Shown here piece after piece: positions 51,922-61,258 of a stretch of 64,000 nucleotides of DNA. Position numbers and translations under genes: made by a program. The number at the start of each line of letters is the position of its first letter. The first letter of the stretch is position 1. The DNA lies in NCBI GenBank assembly GCA_963702845.1, contig OY969763.1, forward strand, positions 5,184,001-5,248,000, in the 5' to 3' direction. The notes under the pieces are model-generated. The model was not told where the DNA came from and searched no databases. It saw nothing but the letters and a program-made list of their open reading frames with translations. Source of the DNA: an uncultured Verrucomicrobiae bacterium. Its GTDB lineage: Bacteria; Verrucomicrobiota; Verrucomicrobiia; Limisphaerales; Palsa-1400.

Positions 51922-54215
51922 GCCAAGCCCTTTCCAACAACCCGCGCATTTCAGTGCGCGCTCTTGAACTGTTCAAAGAACAACAGGGCAGCATCGCCAA
52001 ACACACCGACCACATCTTCGCGTGGCTGATGATTTTCCAATGGGTCGCCGGCATCGCCGCGTCATTGGTCATTTCGCCGCGCGCATGGGTTGGCGACTCC
52101 AGCTACGTCCATATTCACGTTTGGGCGGCCATCCTGCTCGGCGCAATCATCACCGCCGTGCCGGTTGCGATGGCCTATTCCTCCCCGGGCCAGACCTTGA
52201 CCCGACACACCATCGGTGTCGGCCAAATGCTCATGTCCGCCCTCCTCATTCATTTGACTGGCGGGCGCATTGAAACGCATTTTCACGTTTTCGGTTCACT
52301 CGCCATCCTCGCCTTTTATCGCGATTGGCGCGTCCTTGTGTCCGCCTCGGCCGTCGTTTTCGTGGACCATTTGCTGCGCGGGTTCTTCTGGCCACAATCC
52401 GTTTACGGCGTCATGAGTGCGCCCATTTGGCGTTCCTTCGAACACGCGGGCTGGGTTGGTTTCGAAGTCACCTTTCTGATTATTTCCATCCGCAAAAGTT
52501 TGAAAGAAATGCAAAACGTCGCCGAGCGGCAGAGCAATCTTGAAGCAGTCAACGAAACGATCGAACGCACCGTCGCCGAGCGCACCGCTGAACTCACGCG
52601 CGAAATCGCCGAGCGCCGACAAATCGAGGAAGATCTCAAACACAGCCAGGCCCAACTCGCCCATGCGCAACAAATCGCCCATATCGGCAGTTGGGAATGG
52701 GACCTCCTCACCGACAAAGTGATTTGGTCCGACGAAACCGCGCGCCTCTACGGTTTTGCGCCGAACGACCTCGGCATGTCGATGGAAGCCTGCCTGCAAC
52801 GCATCCATCCCGAGGACATCGGCAAAGTCCGCCAGGCCCTCGATTACACGCTCCGGACCGGTCAGCCGTTCGATAGCGATCATCGCGTCCTCTTGCCCGA
52901 CAGTTCCGAACGCGTCATGCACGGTCGCGCCGAAGCCCGTCAGGACGATCTTGGCAAAGTCATCCACGTCATCGGCACCGCCCAGGACATCACCCGCGCG
53001 CGTCGCAACGAAGAAGCCCTGCGTCGCAGCGAAGAACAATTGCGGCAATCCCAAAAAATGGAAGCCGTCGGTCGTCTCGCCGGTGGCGTTGCGCACGATT
53101 TCAACAACCTCCTCACCGTCATCAGCGGCTATTGCGCATTGCTCACCCGCAAAGTCAAAGCCGACGACCCGCTTCGTTCCAGCGCCGACCAAATCCAGCG
53201 GGCCGCCGAACGCGCCGCCGGCTTGACGCGACAACTCCTTGCCTTCAGCCGCAAACAAGTCCTGCAACCGCGCATCCTCGACCTGTCGGAAGTTGTTGGC
53301 GGCATGGAAAAGATGCTACATAGAGTCATCGGTGAAGACATCGAATTGCGCACCATTTACGATGCGAACTCCGGCAAAATCGAAGCCGACCCTGGCCAAA
53401 TTGAACAAGTCATCTTGAATATGGCCGTCAACGCTCGCGACGCCATGCCGCAAGGCGGCAAGCTCACCGTGCGCGTGTCCAACGTTGTCTTCGATCAAAA
53501 AACCGTCATCCGCAATCGCGGCCTCGAAGCCGGTCCTTACGTCATGATCGCCATCAACGACACCGGCGTCGGCATGACGCCCGAAGTCAAAGCCCACCTC
53601 TTTGAACCCTTCTTCACCACCAAAGGCGTCGGCAAAGGCACCGGCCTCGGACTGGCCACCTGCTTCGGCATCATCAGCCAAAGCGGCGGCGACATTCGTG
53701 TTTATAGCGAGCCCGGCTCCGGAACGACCTTTAAAATTTATCTGCCGCACGTCGAAAAAAATGTTGTGCCAGTCATCCCCAACGACGACACCGACACCCT
53801 GCCCGGCGGCACCGAACGCCTCTTGATCGTCGAAGACGACGAAGCCGTGCGCAACCTGACCCGCACCGTTTTGAGCGAATGCGGTTACACGATTGAACTG
53901 GCCAACGACGGCGCTGAAGCCCTGGCATTGCTCGAAAAAGATAACCGTTTCGACCTCATCATCACTGACGTGATCATGCCGCGCATGAGTGGACGGCAAC
54001 TTTACGATCACGTCCAAAAATCATTGGCCGATACCAAGGTCCTTTTCATTTCCGGTTACACCGATGACGCCCTGGCCACGCGCGGCGTCCTCGAACAAGG
54101 ATTTAACTTCCTCGAAAAACCATTCTCACCCCACGCCTTGGCGCGCCGGGTTCGCGAAATCCTCGACGGCGCCGAAGACGACACCATGTTCCGCCGCCTC
54201 AAAGCCACCGCCTAA
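51918..54215 (+). CDS. Membrane hybrid histidine kinase (TM sensor, PAS, HisKA/HATPase, REC)
   Basis: IETHFHVFGSLA membrane sensor; GGVAHDFNNLL; EPFFTTKGVGKGTGLGL; REC DVIMP; ATGA overlap with the upstream gene. Confidence 0.92.
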   Translation: MSQALSNNPRISVRALELFKEQQGSIAKHTDHIFAWLMIFQWVAGIAASLVISPRAWVGDSSYVHIHVWAAILLGAIITAVPVAMAYSSPGQTLTRHTIGVGQMLMSALLIHLTGGRIETHFHVFGSLAILAFYRDWRVLVSASAVVFVDHLLRGFFWPQSVYGVMSAPIWRSFEHAGWVGFEVTFLIISIRKSLKEMQNVAERQSNLEAVNETIERTVAERTAELTREIAERRQIEEDLKHSQAQLAHAQQIAHIGSWEWDLLTDKVIWSDETARLYGFAPNDLGMSMEACLQRIHPEDIGKVRQALDYTLRTGQPFDSDHRVLLPDSSERVMHGRAEARQDDLGKVIHVIGTAQDITRARRNEEALRRSEEQLRQSQKMEAVGRLAGGVAHDFNNLLTVISGYCALLTRKVKADDPLRSSADQIQRAAERAAGLTRQLLAFSRKQVLQPRILDLSEVVGGMEKMLHRVIGEDIELRTIYDANSGKIEADPGQIEQVILNMAVNARDAMPQGGKLTVRVSNVVFDQKTVIRNRGLEAGPYVMIAINDTGVGMTPEVKAHLFEPFFTTKGVGKGTGLGLATCFGIISQSGGDIRVYSEPGSGTTFKIYLPHVEKNVVPVIPNDDTDTLPGGTERLLIVEDDEAVRNLTRTVLSECGYTIELANDGAEALALLEKDNRFDLIITDVIMPRMSGRQLYDHVQKSLADTKVLFISGYTDDALATRGVLEQGFNFLEKPFSPHALARRVREILDGAEDDTMFRRLKATA

Positions 54216-54230
54216 CAGAGCCGGATGTAT

Positions 54231-54378
54231 AACCACCAAGACACCAAGTTAAGAACAGATTAGCCGCAGCAGTGCGGAAAAAGGTGGATCGCGCCAAGCC
54301 GACGCGGTGTTTCAAAAAATGATTTTCTTCTTCTTTGTCCTCTGGGGTTTTCTTGGTGCCTTGGTGCCTTGGTGGTTA
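54231..54378. repeat. Element with inverted AACCACCAAG(A/G)CACCAAG termini
   Basis: aaccaccaagacaccaag ... cttggtgccttggtgccttggtggtt. Confidence 0.65.
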
Positions 54379-54475
54379 AAACAATCCGTGTTTGCGAACC
54401 GGACGTTCCGGTCTGTGTTCCATCCGTCGCTAAAATTGGCCTCGATTTCCCACCGTTACCGTCCTACTCTCCGCT

Positions 54476-54943
54476 ATGGACATCGTCTTCAAGTGCCCAA
54501 GTTGTGAACAGGAACTCGAAGTGGATGCCAGCGGGGCCGGCACACAAATCCAATGCCCCTCTTGCAACACGGTCATTACCGTTCCCAATCCTGAACCGGC
54601 CAACATCGTCACCATGCCGGACGTCACCAATGCCGCCCGACTTGAAGAAAAACACTACTCCGTCCCACACGACAAAGCGCCCGAGGCCTTGATTAAAAAG
54701 CCGAAACGCCCCCTTGAAATCGCGGCCAAAGACGGCGACAAAAAAATCCGCGTCAAAACCATTCGCCGTTCGGATTGCCAGGAAGTCGGACGCGACCACT
54801 TCGACGAACGCGTTTCAGAATTTTTGGATCAGGTAGGCCAGTCTAATATCGTGTCCATCAACGCCATCAACTACAGCCATCCCGACGCCGGCGGTCACAA
54901 CATCGTTCAGGACTACGGCGTGATGATCGTGTTCAAAGGCTGA
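54476..54943 (+). CDS. Zinc-ribbon-containing hypothetical protein
   Basis: CPSC...CPSC at the N-terminus. Confidence 0.75.
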   Translation: MDIVFKCPSCEQELEVDASGAGTQIQCPSCNTVITVPNPEPANIVTMPDVTNAARLEEKHYSVPHDKAPEALIKKPKRPLEIAAKDGDKKIRVKTIRRSDCQEVGRDHFDERVSEFLDQVGQSNIVSINAINYSHPDAGGHNIVQDYGVMIVFKG

Positions 54944-54970
54944 TAACGGCGACGTTTGGAGCCTTGCAGC

Positions 54971-55070
54971 ACATGGCGTAGCCATGTTTGAAGGTAGCCG
55001 TGGGTTTCAACCCATGGGAAGGTGTAAAAACTAACAGTATCTGTGTCGCGTAGCGACACGTCAACCGGCG
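54971..55070. repeat. Half copy of REP family A
   Basis: ACATGGCGTAGCCATGTTTGAAGGTAGCCGTGGGTTTCAACCCA...TGTGTCGCGTAGCGACACG. Confidence 0.8.
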
Positions 55071-55116
55071 TTTGAATGCTTTCTAATTGTCCGACAAAGG
55101 CTCGTGATTTTTGCCT

Positions 55117-55623
55117 TCACGCGGACTCTTGCGGCCGGTCGTCTGACCTCTGCGGACGCCGTTTGATCGTTGGCGGTTGAGCAACCTTCTTCGCAGCCAC
55201 GGCTTTCGCAGGTTTCTCCTCCAACCATTTCGTAAGAAACTCGATCACATCCTGGCATTGGTAAGTCTTACGGAAATACGCCGTCGCTCCCGCCGCCGCC
55301 GCGTGACTGACGTCCACATCCTCGTTCGACGTGGAATAAAGCACCATTGGAAGCTCGCGGAACTTTGGATGGGCCCGCACCCACTGTAGTAATTCAAGGC
55401 CGCTCATGCGAAACATCTTCATGTCGCTCAAAATGATTTGCGGCAATGGATACTGCTCGCGATCGACGTATTGCTCCTCGCCGTTGAGATATTCCACCGC
55501 GAACATCCCGTCCGGGGCGGTTTGCAGATTCAGGGGTAGCCCGGATTTTTTGAGGGCCCGCTCAAAGACAACCGCATCATTCGGATCGTCTTCCACGTAT
55601 AAGATAGTCGGCTTACTACGCAT
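55117..55623 (-). CDS. Single-domain response regulator
   Basis: ILYVEDD, IILSDMKM..MSGLELL, YFRK. Confidence 0.85.
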   Translation of the reverse strand: MRSKPTILYVEDDPNDAVVFERALKKSGLPLNLQTAPDGMFAVEYLNGEEQYVDREQYPLPQIILSDMKMFRMSGLELLQWVRAHPKFRELPMVLYSTSNEDVDVSHAAAAGATAYFRKTYQCQDVIEFLTKWLEEKPAKAVAAKKVAQPPTIKRRPQRSDDRPQESA

Positions 55624-55737
55624 GTTTCCCTTTCGTTGTTAAACGGCCTGGACGACCGCACGATAATAGCCAACCGCCCGACGTTGTCAATCGCACCTAT
55701 GGCGTAATCGGGTGTCAGATAATTACCCACAAGCCAC

Positions 55738-55835
55738 GTCAGGTTACGTGCCACACCATCAAAAACCGCACATTTTTGTGGAAAAAAGTGCTGTTTCTTT
55801 CCCTCCTCTCCCTCCTTTCCCTACATTTTTTGACG
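55738..55835 (+). promoter_or_regulatory. 98-bp conserved element, copy B (upstream of protease-capsid)
   Basis: gtcaggttacgtgcca...aaaaaagtgctgtttc tttccctcc tctccctcc tttccctac attttttgacg. Confidence 0.85.
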
Positions 55836-55878
55836 GTGTAGCAATTTAATACAAACTCCCCCACGTGCATGAAGCACC

Positions 55879-55977
55879 TGTCGCCCCCCGCCGTGAGGAG
55901 GCACTGAATGAAGAAAATTCGAAGCACGAAGCTCGAAATTCGAAACTTGGAAGAAGCCTCCTCACGACGGCGGCACA
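55879..55977. repeat. REP-like inverted repeat enclosing 7-mer tandem repeats
   Basis: CCGCCGTGAGGAGGC ... GCCTCCTCACGACGGCGG; inner aaattcg aagcacg aagctcg aaattcg. Confidence 0.7.
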
Positions 55978-55998
55978 GAAACCGAAAGAACAAAAGAT

Positions 55999-56733
55999 AT
56001 GAACGAAATTTTAGAACGAGAATTTGGATCGCGCTTAATCAACCTGCGCAACGGCGCGCGCGGCCTGCGCGAAGGCCTCCACGTCCGCACCAGCATCCCC
56101 AAAGACGCCGGCAGCGAACCGGTCGTCGACTTCATCAGCTCCGATGAATCGCTCGATCGCTACAACGAAGTCATCAGCGCCTCCGGCTGGGTGCTCGATC
56201 CCTATTTGAAAAACCCGGTGTTCCAGGACTCGCACGATTACTCCACCATCCTGCGCACCATCGGCAAAGCCAGCGTCACCCAGGTGCGCGATGGAAAACT
56301 CTTTCAACGCATTCACTTCGCCGTCAACGCGAACCCGTTGGCCAAGATCGCCCACGCACTTTACAAAGGCGGTTTTCTCAACGCCGTCTCTGTCGGCTTC
56401 GTGCCCTTGAAATGGCAAAATGGCGATAGCGCCACCGGCTTTTCGCGCCGATACACCAAACAAGTTTTGCTCGAAACCAGCGCCGTCGCCATTCCCGCCA
56501 ATCCCAACGCCTTGCAACTGGCCTACGATTCCGGCGCGGTCGAGAAAAGCGACCTTCGTGAACTCCACCAGCTTCTGAGCGCCGTGGCTTCCGAAGCTCA
56601 TCACACGTCACTCGCCAATAATCACTTTCCGTCGGCAGCTCCACGTTCCAACACCAGCGCTTTGGGAACGTCCAGCGATGAAGCGCAGCAGTTAGTCAAC
56701 CTGATGAAACAAGCCGCGGCACTGTGCCGATAG
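55999..56733 (+). CDS. HK97-family phage prohead protease
   Basis: SSDESLDRYNEVI..SGW, NPVFQDSH, IGK, GFLNAVSVGF, LLETSAVAIPANPNA. Confidence 0.88.
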   Translation: MNEILEREFGSRLINLRNGARGLREGLHVRTSIPKDAGSEPVVDFISSDESLDRYNEVISASGWVLDPYLKNPVFQDSHDYSTILRTIGKASVTQVRDGKLFQRIHFAVNANPLAKIAHALYKGGFLNAVSVGFVPLKWQNGDSATGFSRRYTKQVLLETSAVAIPANPNALQLAYDSGAVEKSDLRELHQLLSAVASEAHHTSLANNHFPSAAPRSNTSALGTSSDEAQQLVNLMKQAAALCR

Positions 56734-56750
56734 GCCTGAACCATCAACCC

Positions 56751-56887
56751 GTAGCGCAGGTTTCCAAACCTGCTGTATCGCAGGCCTCCGAGCCTGCGGG
56801 GCGTAGGAACTTCGCAACGTTTGCGAACCACCGACGCGCTGCCGATTTGGAAATCGGCGATACAGCAGACTTGGAAGTCTGCGATAC
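56751..56887. repeat. GTAG-type REPIN-like element
   Basis: GTAGCGCAGGTTTCCAAACCTGCTGTATCGC ... GCGATACAGCAGACTTGGAAGTCTGCGATAC, inverted. Confidence 0.8.
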
Positions 56888-56926
56888 GAAACAGAACCGA
56901 ACCAAAAACAAAGAAAGAAGAAAAAT

Positions 56927-58174
56927 ATGAACACAGAAATCACAACTCAGCCGCTTGAGGAAATGAAGTCCCTCCTGCAACAAATCCAATGGGCCAATCG
57001 CGAACTGGTTAAAGATTACCAGAGCGCGTCCACCGAAATCAAAACCCTCGGCGCTTCACACCAGAAGCTCTCGACCGATTTCGCCGAAGCCCAGAAACAC
57101 CTCGAACAACTCCGCCGCGGCACACTCGGCGCGACCAGTTCACGCCTCGCGCACCAGGCCGTCAGCGACGATTGCGCGCGTTACATCGCGGCAGCCGTCG
57201 TGTGCGGCGCGGACGCCATCGGTGGCCTCAACCACATCAAAGGCGCGCAACGCGACAGCCTTGTCGGCGAATGCAAAAACGTTCTCGGCCTCGAAACCCG
57301 CTCCGCATTGACCACGAGCGATATTCCGTTGCCGACGATGTATTCGCAGCAAGTCGTCGAACTCGTTTGGAAATACGGCCAGGCGCGCCAATTCGCCACC
57401 GTCTATCCACTCGGCCAGGGCACCACGAAGTTGCCGCAGTTGAAGACCAGCCCGAGCTTTGGCTTCATCTCCCAAAGCGCGAGCATCACGGAAAAATCGC
57501 CGCAGATTCAATTCGTGACCTTCAACCCGCAAAAAGCCGGCGGCCTCGTGCGCATCCCCTCCGAGATCGACGCCGACAGCATCGTCCCGCTCGGCCAATT
57601 CCTGGCGCGTTACATCGCCCGTGAAATGGCGCGCTGGGAAGACAGCGTGTTGTTCCTTGCCGACGGCACTGGCACTTACAACAGCCTCAAAGGCGTTGGC
57701 CAGACCGCCATCGACAACGCGTTCGCCTTGCAATTGGCCACGAGCAAAACCAAACCGACCGACATCACGGTGAACGACGTGCGCAACCTGCGCGCGAAAG
57801 TGAACTCGGCCGCGTTGTTCAGTGGCGCATACTACTTCCATCCCACGATGGAAGCGTTGCTGCGCTCCTTCAACAGCGGTGCCAACCCGCCGTTCGTCGT
57901 GAACGCGAATGGCCAGGCCACGTTCGAAGGCTTCCCCGTCCGCTGGGTCGGCGTGTTGCCCGTCTACGACGGCAACGCCCACGCGTCCCAGGTGCAGGGT
58001 GCTTTCGGTGACCTGAGCTACTGGTACTTCGGCGAACGTTCGTCCGTCTCGATGGACGTTTCCCGCGAAGTCTACTTCGCGACCGACGAACTGGCCGTGC
58101 GCGCCCTTGAGCGTTTCACCGTGCAGCTGATGGCCAACGACGCCGTCGCTGCGTTGCAATTAGCCGCGAGTTAA
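56927..58174 (+). CDS. HK97-fold major capsid protein
   Basis: Coiled-coil delta-like N-terminus; PTMYSQQVVEL, EIDADS, LADGTG..KG, G.PV, FGDLSYW, RALERF; follows the protease. Confidence 0.88.
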   Translation: MNTEITTQPLEEMKSLLQQIQWANRELVKDYQSASTEIKTLGASHQKLSTDFAEAQKHLEQLRRGTLGATSSRLAHQAVSDDCARYIAAAVVCGADAIGGLNHIKGAQRDSLVGECKNVLGLETRSALTTSDIPLPTMYSQQVVELVWKYGQARQFATVYPLGQGTTKLPQLKTSPSFGFISQSASITEKSPQIQFVTFNPQKAGGLVRIPSEIDADSIVPLGQFLARYIAREMARWEDSVLFLADGTGTYNSLKGVGQTAIDNAFALQLATSKTKPTDITVNDVRNLRAKVNSAALFSGAYYFHPTMEALLRSFNSGANPPFVVNANGQATFEGFPVRWVGVLPVYDGNAHASQVQGAFGDLSYWYFGERSSVSMDVSREVYFATDELAVRALERFTVQLMANDAVAALQLAAS

Positions 58175-58179
58175 ACCAA

Positions 58180-58263
58180 CCGCCACAACCCACCCCCCTC
58201 TCCTCCCAGGGACGACTCGAGATTCTTCTCATGTCGCTGTCGGAGGAGAGGGCAAGTGGGCGG
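58180..58263. repeat. Long hairpin (CCCTCTCC/GGAGAGGG-type REP or terminator) after the capsid gene
   Basis: CCCTCTCCTCC ... GGAGGAGAGGG with outer CCGCC/GGCGG. Confidence 0.55.
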
Positions 58264-58648
58264 AGGAAAAAAATATGAAAATTGAAATCAATTCACCCGT
58301 AAATCGCCACATCGCCCCGACGTGCAACATTTCGCGAAGCGAGAATGACCTACGCAGCACTGCTCATTCCTCAACCCTGAACTCTCAACCCTCAACAAAT
58401 CTTTACCGCCACCGCGCCGTAGTGCGCGCCCGCCGCCGCCGTCGCGGTTTTGGTGGGCCGCTCCGCTGAGCTCTTTCGGAGTGCGGATCGCCGACGTCCG
58501 CAGCAACGTCGGTCGCAACCATCGCGTCAAAAACAATTCGCGCGCCAACACCACATCTTACGTTGCCGCGCCCGCGACGGGCGCACTCCGATAATTACTA
58601 ATCCCTTGATTCCACATCGCACCAAAGACATGGTCATGCGCGACGTTC

Positions 58649-59563
58649 ATGGATAAGCAACGCCAAAACTTGATCGGTGGTGTGCTGCTCGGCACGGCCA
58701 TCGCGATTTTCCTAGAGGTAGTCGGCTACCTTATCGTTCGTGGGGCTCGCGCAGAGTTCGGCTGGGTGATGTTCATTATTGTGCCGTTTGTTTCAGGCTT
58801 TGCCGTTGCCGCCGTCGTGCGACACCCCAAACGGATCCTCGCGTGCTGTATAACCGGCGGCATCATCACGTTCTCACTCATGCTATTTTTAGGATGGGAG
58901 GGCATCATTTGCTGCGCGATATCGTCGCCCTTGGTTGCCTTCGGCGTCTGCGTCGGCGCATTCATGGGCTATAAGGTGCGCGGACGCTTCATCGACAAAC
59001 TTCCAGACCCGGGAAAGACGACGATTTTGTTACTCCCGCTCTGCCTGCTCTTCATCGCAGCCGCGGACCGCGTTGAGCGTCCATTGCGTTCAATCCAGCA
59101 ACACGAAACTTTCACTACCGAGACTATGATCGCAGCTTCGTCGGAGCGCACATGGGATTTGGTCGCGCAAATGCACAAACTCGATGGCCCGCGACCATTC
59201 TTGTTATGGGCCGGCTTGCCAAATCCAACACGGTGCGAGCTGGATCATCCCGGCGTTGGCGGACATCGGGTTTGTTATTTCGATAGCGGGATCATTACAC
59301 AGGAAGTCACCGACTGGCGGCGGCCTGAATTCATGGGCTTGCGGATTACAGAAAGCACCTTGCCCGGGCGGCACTGGCTCACTTTCATCAACGCCAGTTA
59401 CGAACTATATCCGGAAGGCGCGAACACAAAAGTGGTGCGCCACACCACCATCGGGACACGACTATATCCACGTTGGTACTGGCGACCTTTGGAAAGATGG
59501 GGCGTCACCTCCGAGCACGAGTTCGTCTTCTCTAATCTGCATAGATGGACAGACGCAAAATGA
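58649..59563 (+). CDS. Membrane protein with C-terminal SRPBCC/START domain
   Basis: Five TM segments (WEGIICC), then IAASSERTWDLV...GVGGHRVCYF...YPRWYW. Confidence 0.7.
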   Translation: MDKQRQNLIGGVLLGTAIAIFLEVVGYLIVRGARAEFGWVMFIIVPFVSGFAVAAVVRHPKRILACCITGGIITFSLMLFLGWEGIICCAISSPLVAFGVCVGAFMGYKVRGRFIDKLPDPGKTTILLLPLCLLFIAAADRVERPLRSIQQHETFTTETMIAASSERTWDLVAQMHKLDGPRPFLLWAGLPNPTRCELDHPGVGGHRVCYFDSGIITQEVTDWRRPEFMGLRITESTLPGRHWLTFINASYELYPEGANTKVVRHTTIGTRLYPRWYWRPLERWGVTSEHEFVFSNLHRWTDAK

Positions 59564-59600
59564 GCGATTGCCCACGTGCCGAACGGCTTCTCAGTTGATG

Positions 59601-60533
59601 ATGAAACCGCTCCACCTCCTCCTCGTCGCGTTCACTATCGCCACCGCGGCGCTCCACGCCGCTGACGAGCCGAAGAAACCGCGCATCGTTGGCGATTGGT
59701 GGCAGGTCGCGGGCGATCCTGATCTCGGGAATCTCACCAATCCAAAACAGCAAACGGTCGACTTCGCCGTCTGGCAGGCCGCCGATGGCGCGTGGCAACT
59801 TTGGTCCTGCATTCGCGGGACGAAAGAGCCGGGCAACACACGCCTCTTTTACCGCTGGGAAAACGCCACGCTTACCGAACCCAATTGGAAACCGACGGGC
59901 ATCGCCATGCGCGCCGACCCAAAGACCGCCGAAGCGCAGGGCGGCTTGCAGGCTCCGTTTGTTTTCCGCGACGGCGCGCGCTTCGTCATGTTTTACGGCG
60001 GCTGGAACGACATCTGTTCCGCGACCAGCACCGACGGAAAAACCTTCGCGCGCATTACAAACGCGCAAGGCAAAGTGACCCTCTTCGGCGCGCCCACCGG
60101 CAACACGCGTGACCCGATGGTCATTCGCATCGGCGCACTCTGGCATTGCTACTACACCGCCCATCCCGAAAACAAAGGCGCAGTCTATTGCCGCACCTCA
60201 TCCGACCTGAAGCACTGGAGCGACCCACACCTCGTCGCCCGCGCCGGCCAATCCGGCGACGGCCCATGGTCATCCGAATGTCCATTCGTCGTCGAACTCG
60301 CCCCGGGCCAGTTCTACCTCTTCCGCAATCAAGTTTACGGTAAGGACGCCCGGTGCAGCGTCTACTACTCGCGCGACCCGTTCGATTTTGGCGTGGCCCA
60401 CGACGAAGGCCACTTCATCTGCACCCTGCCTTTGGCCGCACCGGAAATAATCCATCAGGGAAACGAATGGTTCATCGCCTCACTCCTCCCCTCGCTCAAA
60501 GGCATCCGAATCGCCCGGCTCGCGTGGGAATAA
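59601..60533 (+). CDS. Secreted five-bladed beta-propeller glycosidase (GH32/43-like)
   Basis: Signal peptide; LQAPFV, RDPMV, SECPFV, APEII. Confidence 0.7.
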   Translation: MKPLHLLLVAFTIATAALHAADEPKKPRIVGDWWQVAGDPDLGNLTNPKQQTVDFAVWQAADGAWQLWSCIRGTKEPGNTRLFYRWENATLTEPNWKPTGIAMRADPKTAEAQGGLQAPFVFRDGARFVMFYGGWNDICSATSTDGKTFARITNAQGKVTLFGAPTGNTRDPMVIRIGALWHCYYTAHPENKGAVYCRTSSDLKHWSDPHLVARAGQSGDGPWSSECPFVVELAPGQFYLFRNQVYGKDARCSVYYSRDPFDFGVAHDEGHFICTLPLAAPEIIHQGNEWFIASLLPSLKGIRIARLAWE

Positions 60534-60592
60534 CGGGATCTGATCATGGCTACGTCATGGACCAAAACGTGCGCCACAAACCCTTCCCTTAC

Positions 60593-60943
60593 TTACTGAA
60601 CTTTAAGTTCGCTTCTTTGCCCGTCTTGCGTCGTCACCCATGCCTTGGAGAGATGCCATTCGGACAGCTTGCTGCCTTTGACGAAGTGATAGGTGTAACA
60701 GGACGGATCATCGCCTCTCATCACAAAAATATTCCGCGTGCAGGGATAAGTGATACGGTCGAACATCTGCGAGCCTTCCATGTGAATGTCACCACCTTCA
60801 CCAGGAGGCAACCCCGGCAGTTTACCGGCATCCTCCATCTCCACAAAAACCCGCGCTAAATCTTTTTGGACATTATTTGTGGCACATGAAACAAAGAGCC
60901 AACAGGTCGCTAATACGAATACGGTCTGAATTGTTCTACGCAT
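60593..60943 (-). CDS. Hypothetical lipoprotein
   Basis: LFVSC lipobox; AT-richer codon use. Confidence 0.55.
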   Translation of the reverse strand: MRRTIQTVFVLATCWLFVSCATNNVQKDLARVFVEMEDAGKLPGLPPGEGGDIHMEGSQMFDRITYPCTRNIFVMRGDDPSCYTYHFVKGSKLSEWHLSKAWVTTQDGQRSELKVQ

Positions 60944-61043
60944 AAGAAATCGTTTACCTCGTTTGGACTATCCAACCACCGAGCTTAACACTAGCGATAC
61001 CAACAAACAATCCCTCAGCTGGCTAAAACCTGCCTTTTAGCCA

Positions 61044-61141
61044 CTCAAGAACCATGCCACCCGTCTGAAAACGCCACATTTCGTCATAAAAAGGTGCTGT
61101 TTCTTTCCCTGGCTTCCCTCCTTTCCCTACATTTTTTGACG
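61044..61141 (+). promoter_or_regulatory. 98-bp conserved element, copy C (upstream of adaptor-portal-terminase)
   Basis: ctcaagaaccatgcca...aaaaaggtgctgtttc tttccctgg cttccctcc tttccctac attttttgacg. Confidence 0.85.
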
Positions 61142-61258
61142 GAGTAGTCGCTTCTTGTCAGCATCGCAGCGTGACGGCAAAGAGCCGGCCTGGCGGCTGG
61201 GCTTTGAAAAACACGCCGATTGGCATCCGTCCGCAATTTGAAAACGAAAGAGCTACTT

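Noticed and set aside
52296..58159. Long antisense ORFs (e.g. 52296..53267, 57140..58159; also 15286..16335, 7662..8564)
   Set aside because: Shadow frames of GC-rich genes with no recognisable motifs.
56927..58174. Encapsulin nanocompartment instead of a phage capsid
   Set aside because: It has a delta-like N-terminus and is accompanied by prohead protease, portal, adaptor and terminase.
43015..61141. 98-bp elements as prophage attL/attR or IS terminal repeats
   Set aside because: There are three copies rather than two, with diverged spacers, no integrase or transposase, and no target duplication seen. Orientation always follows the downstream phage gene. Not fully excluded.
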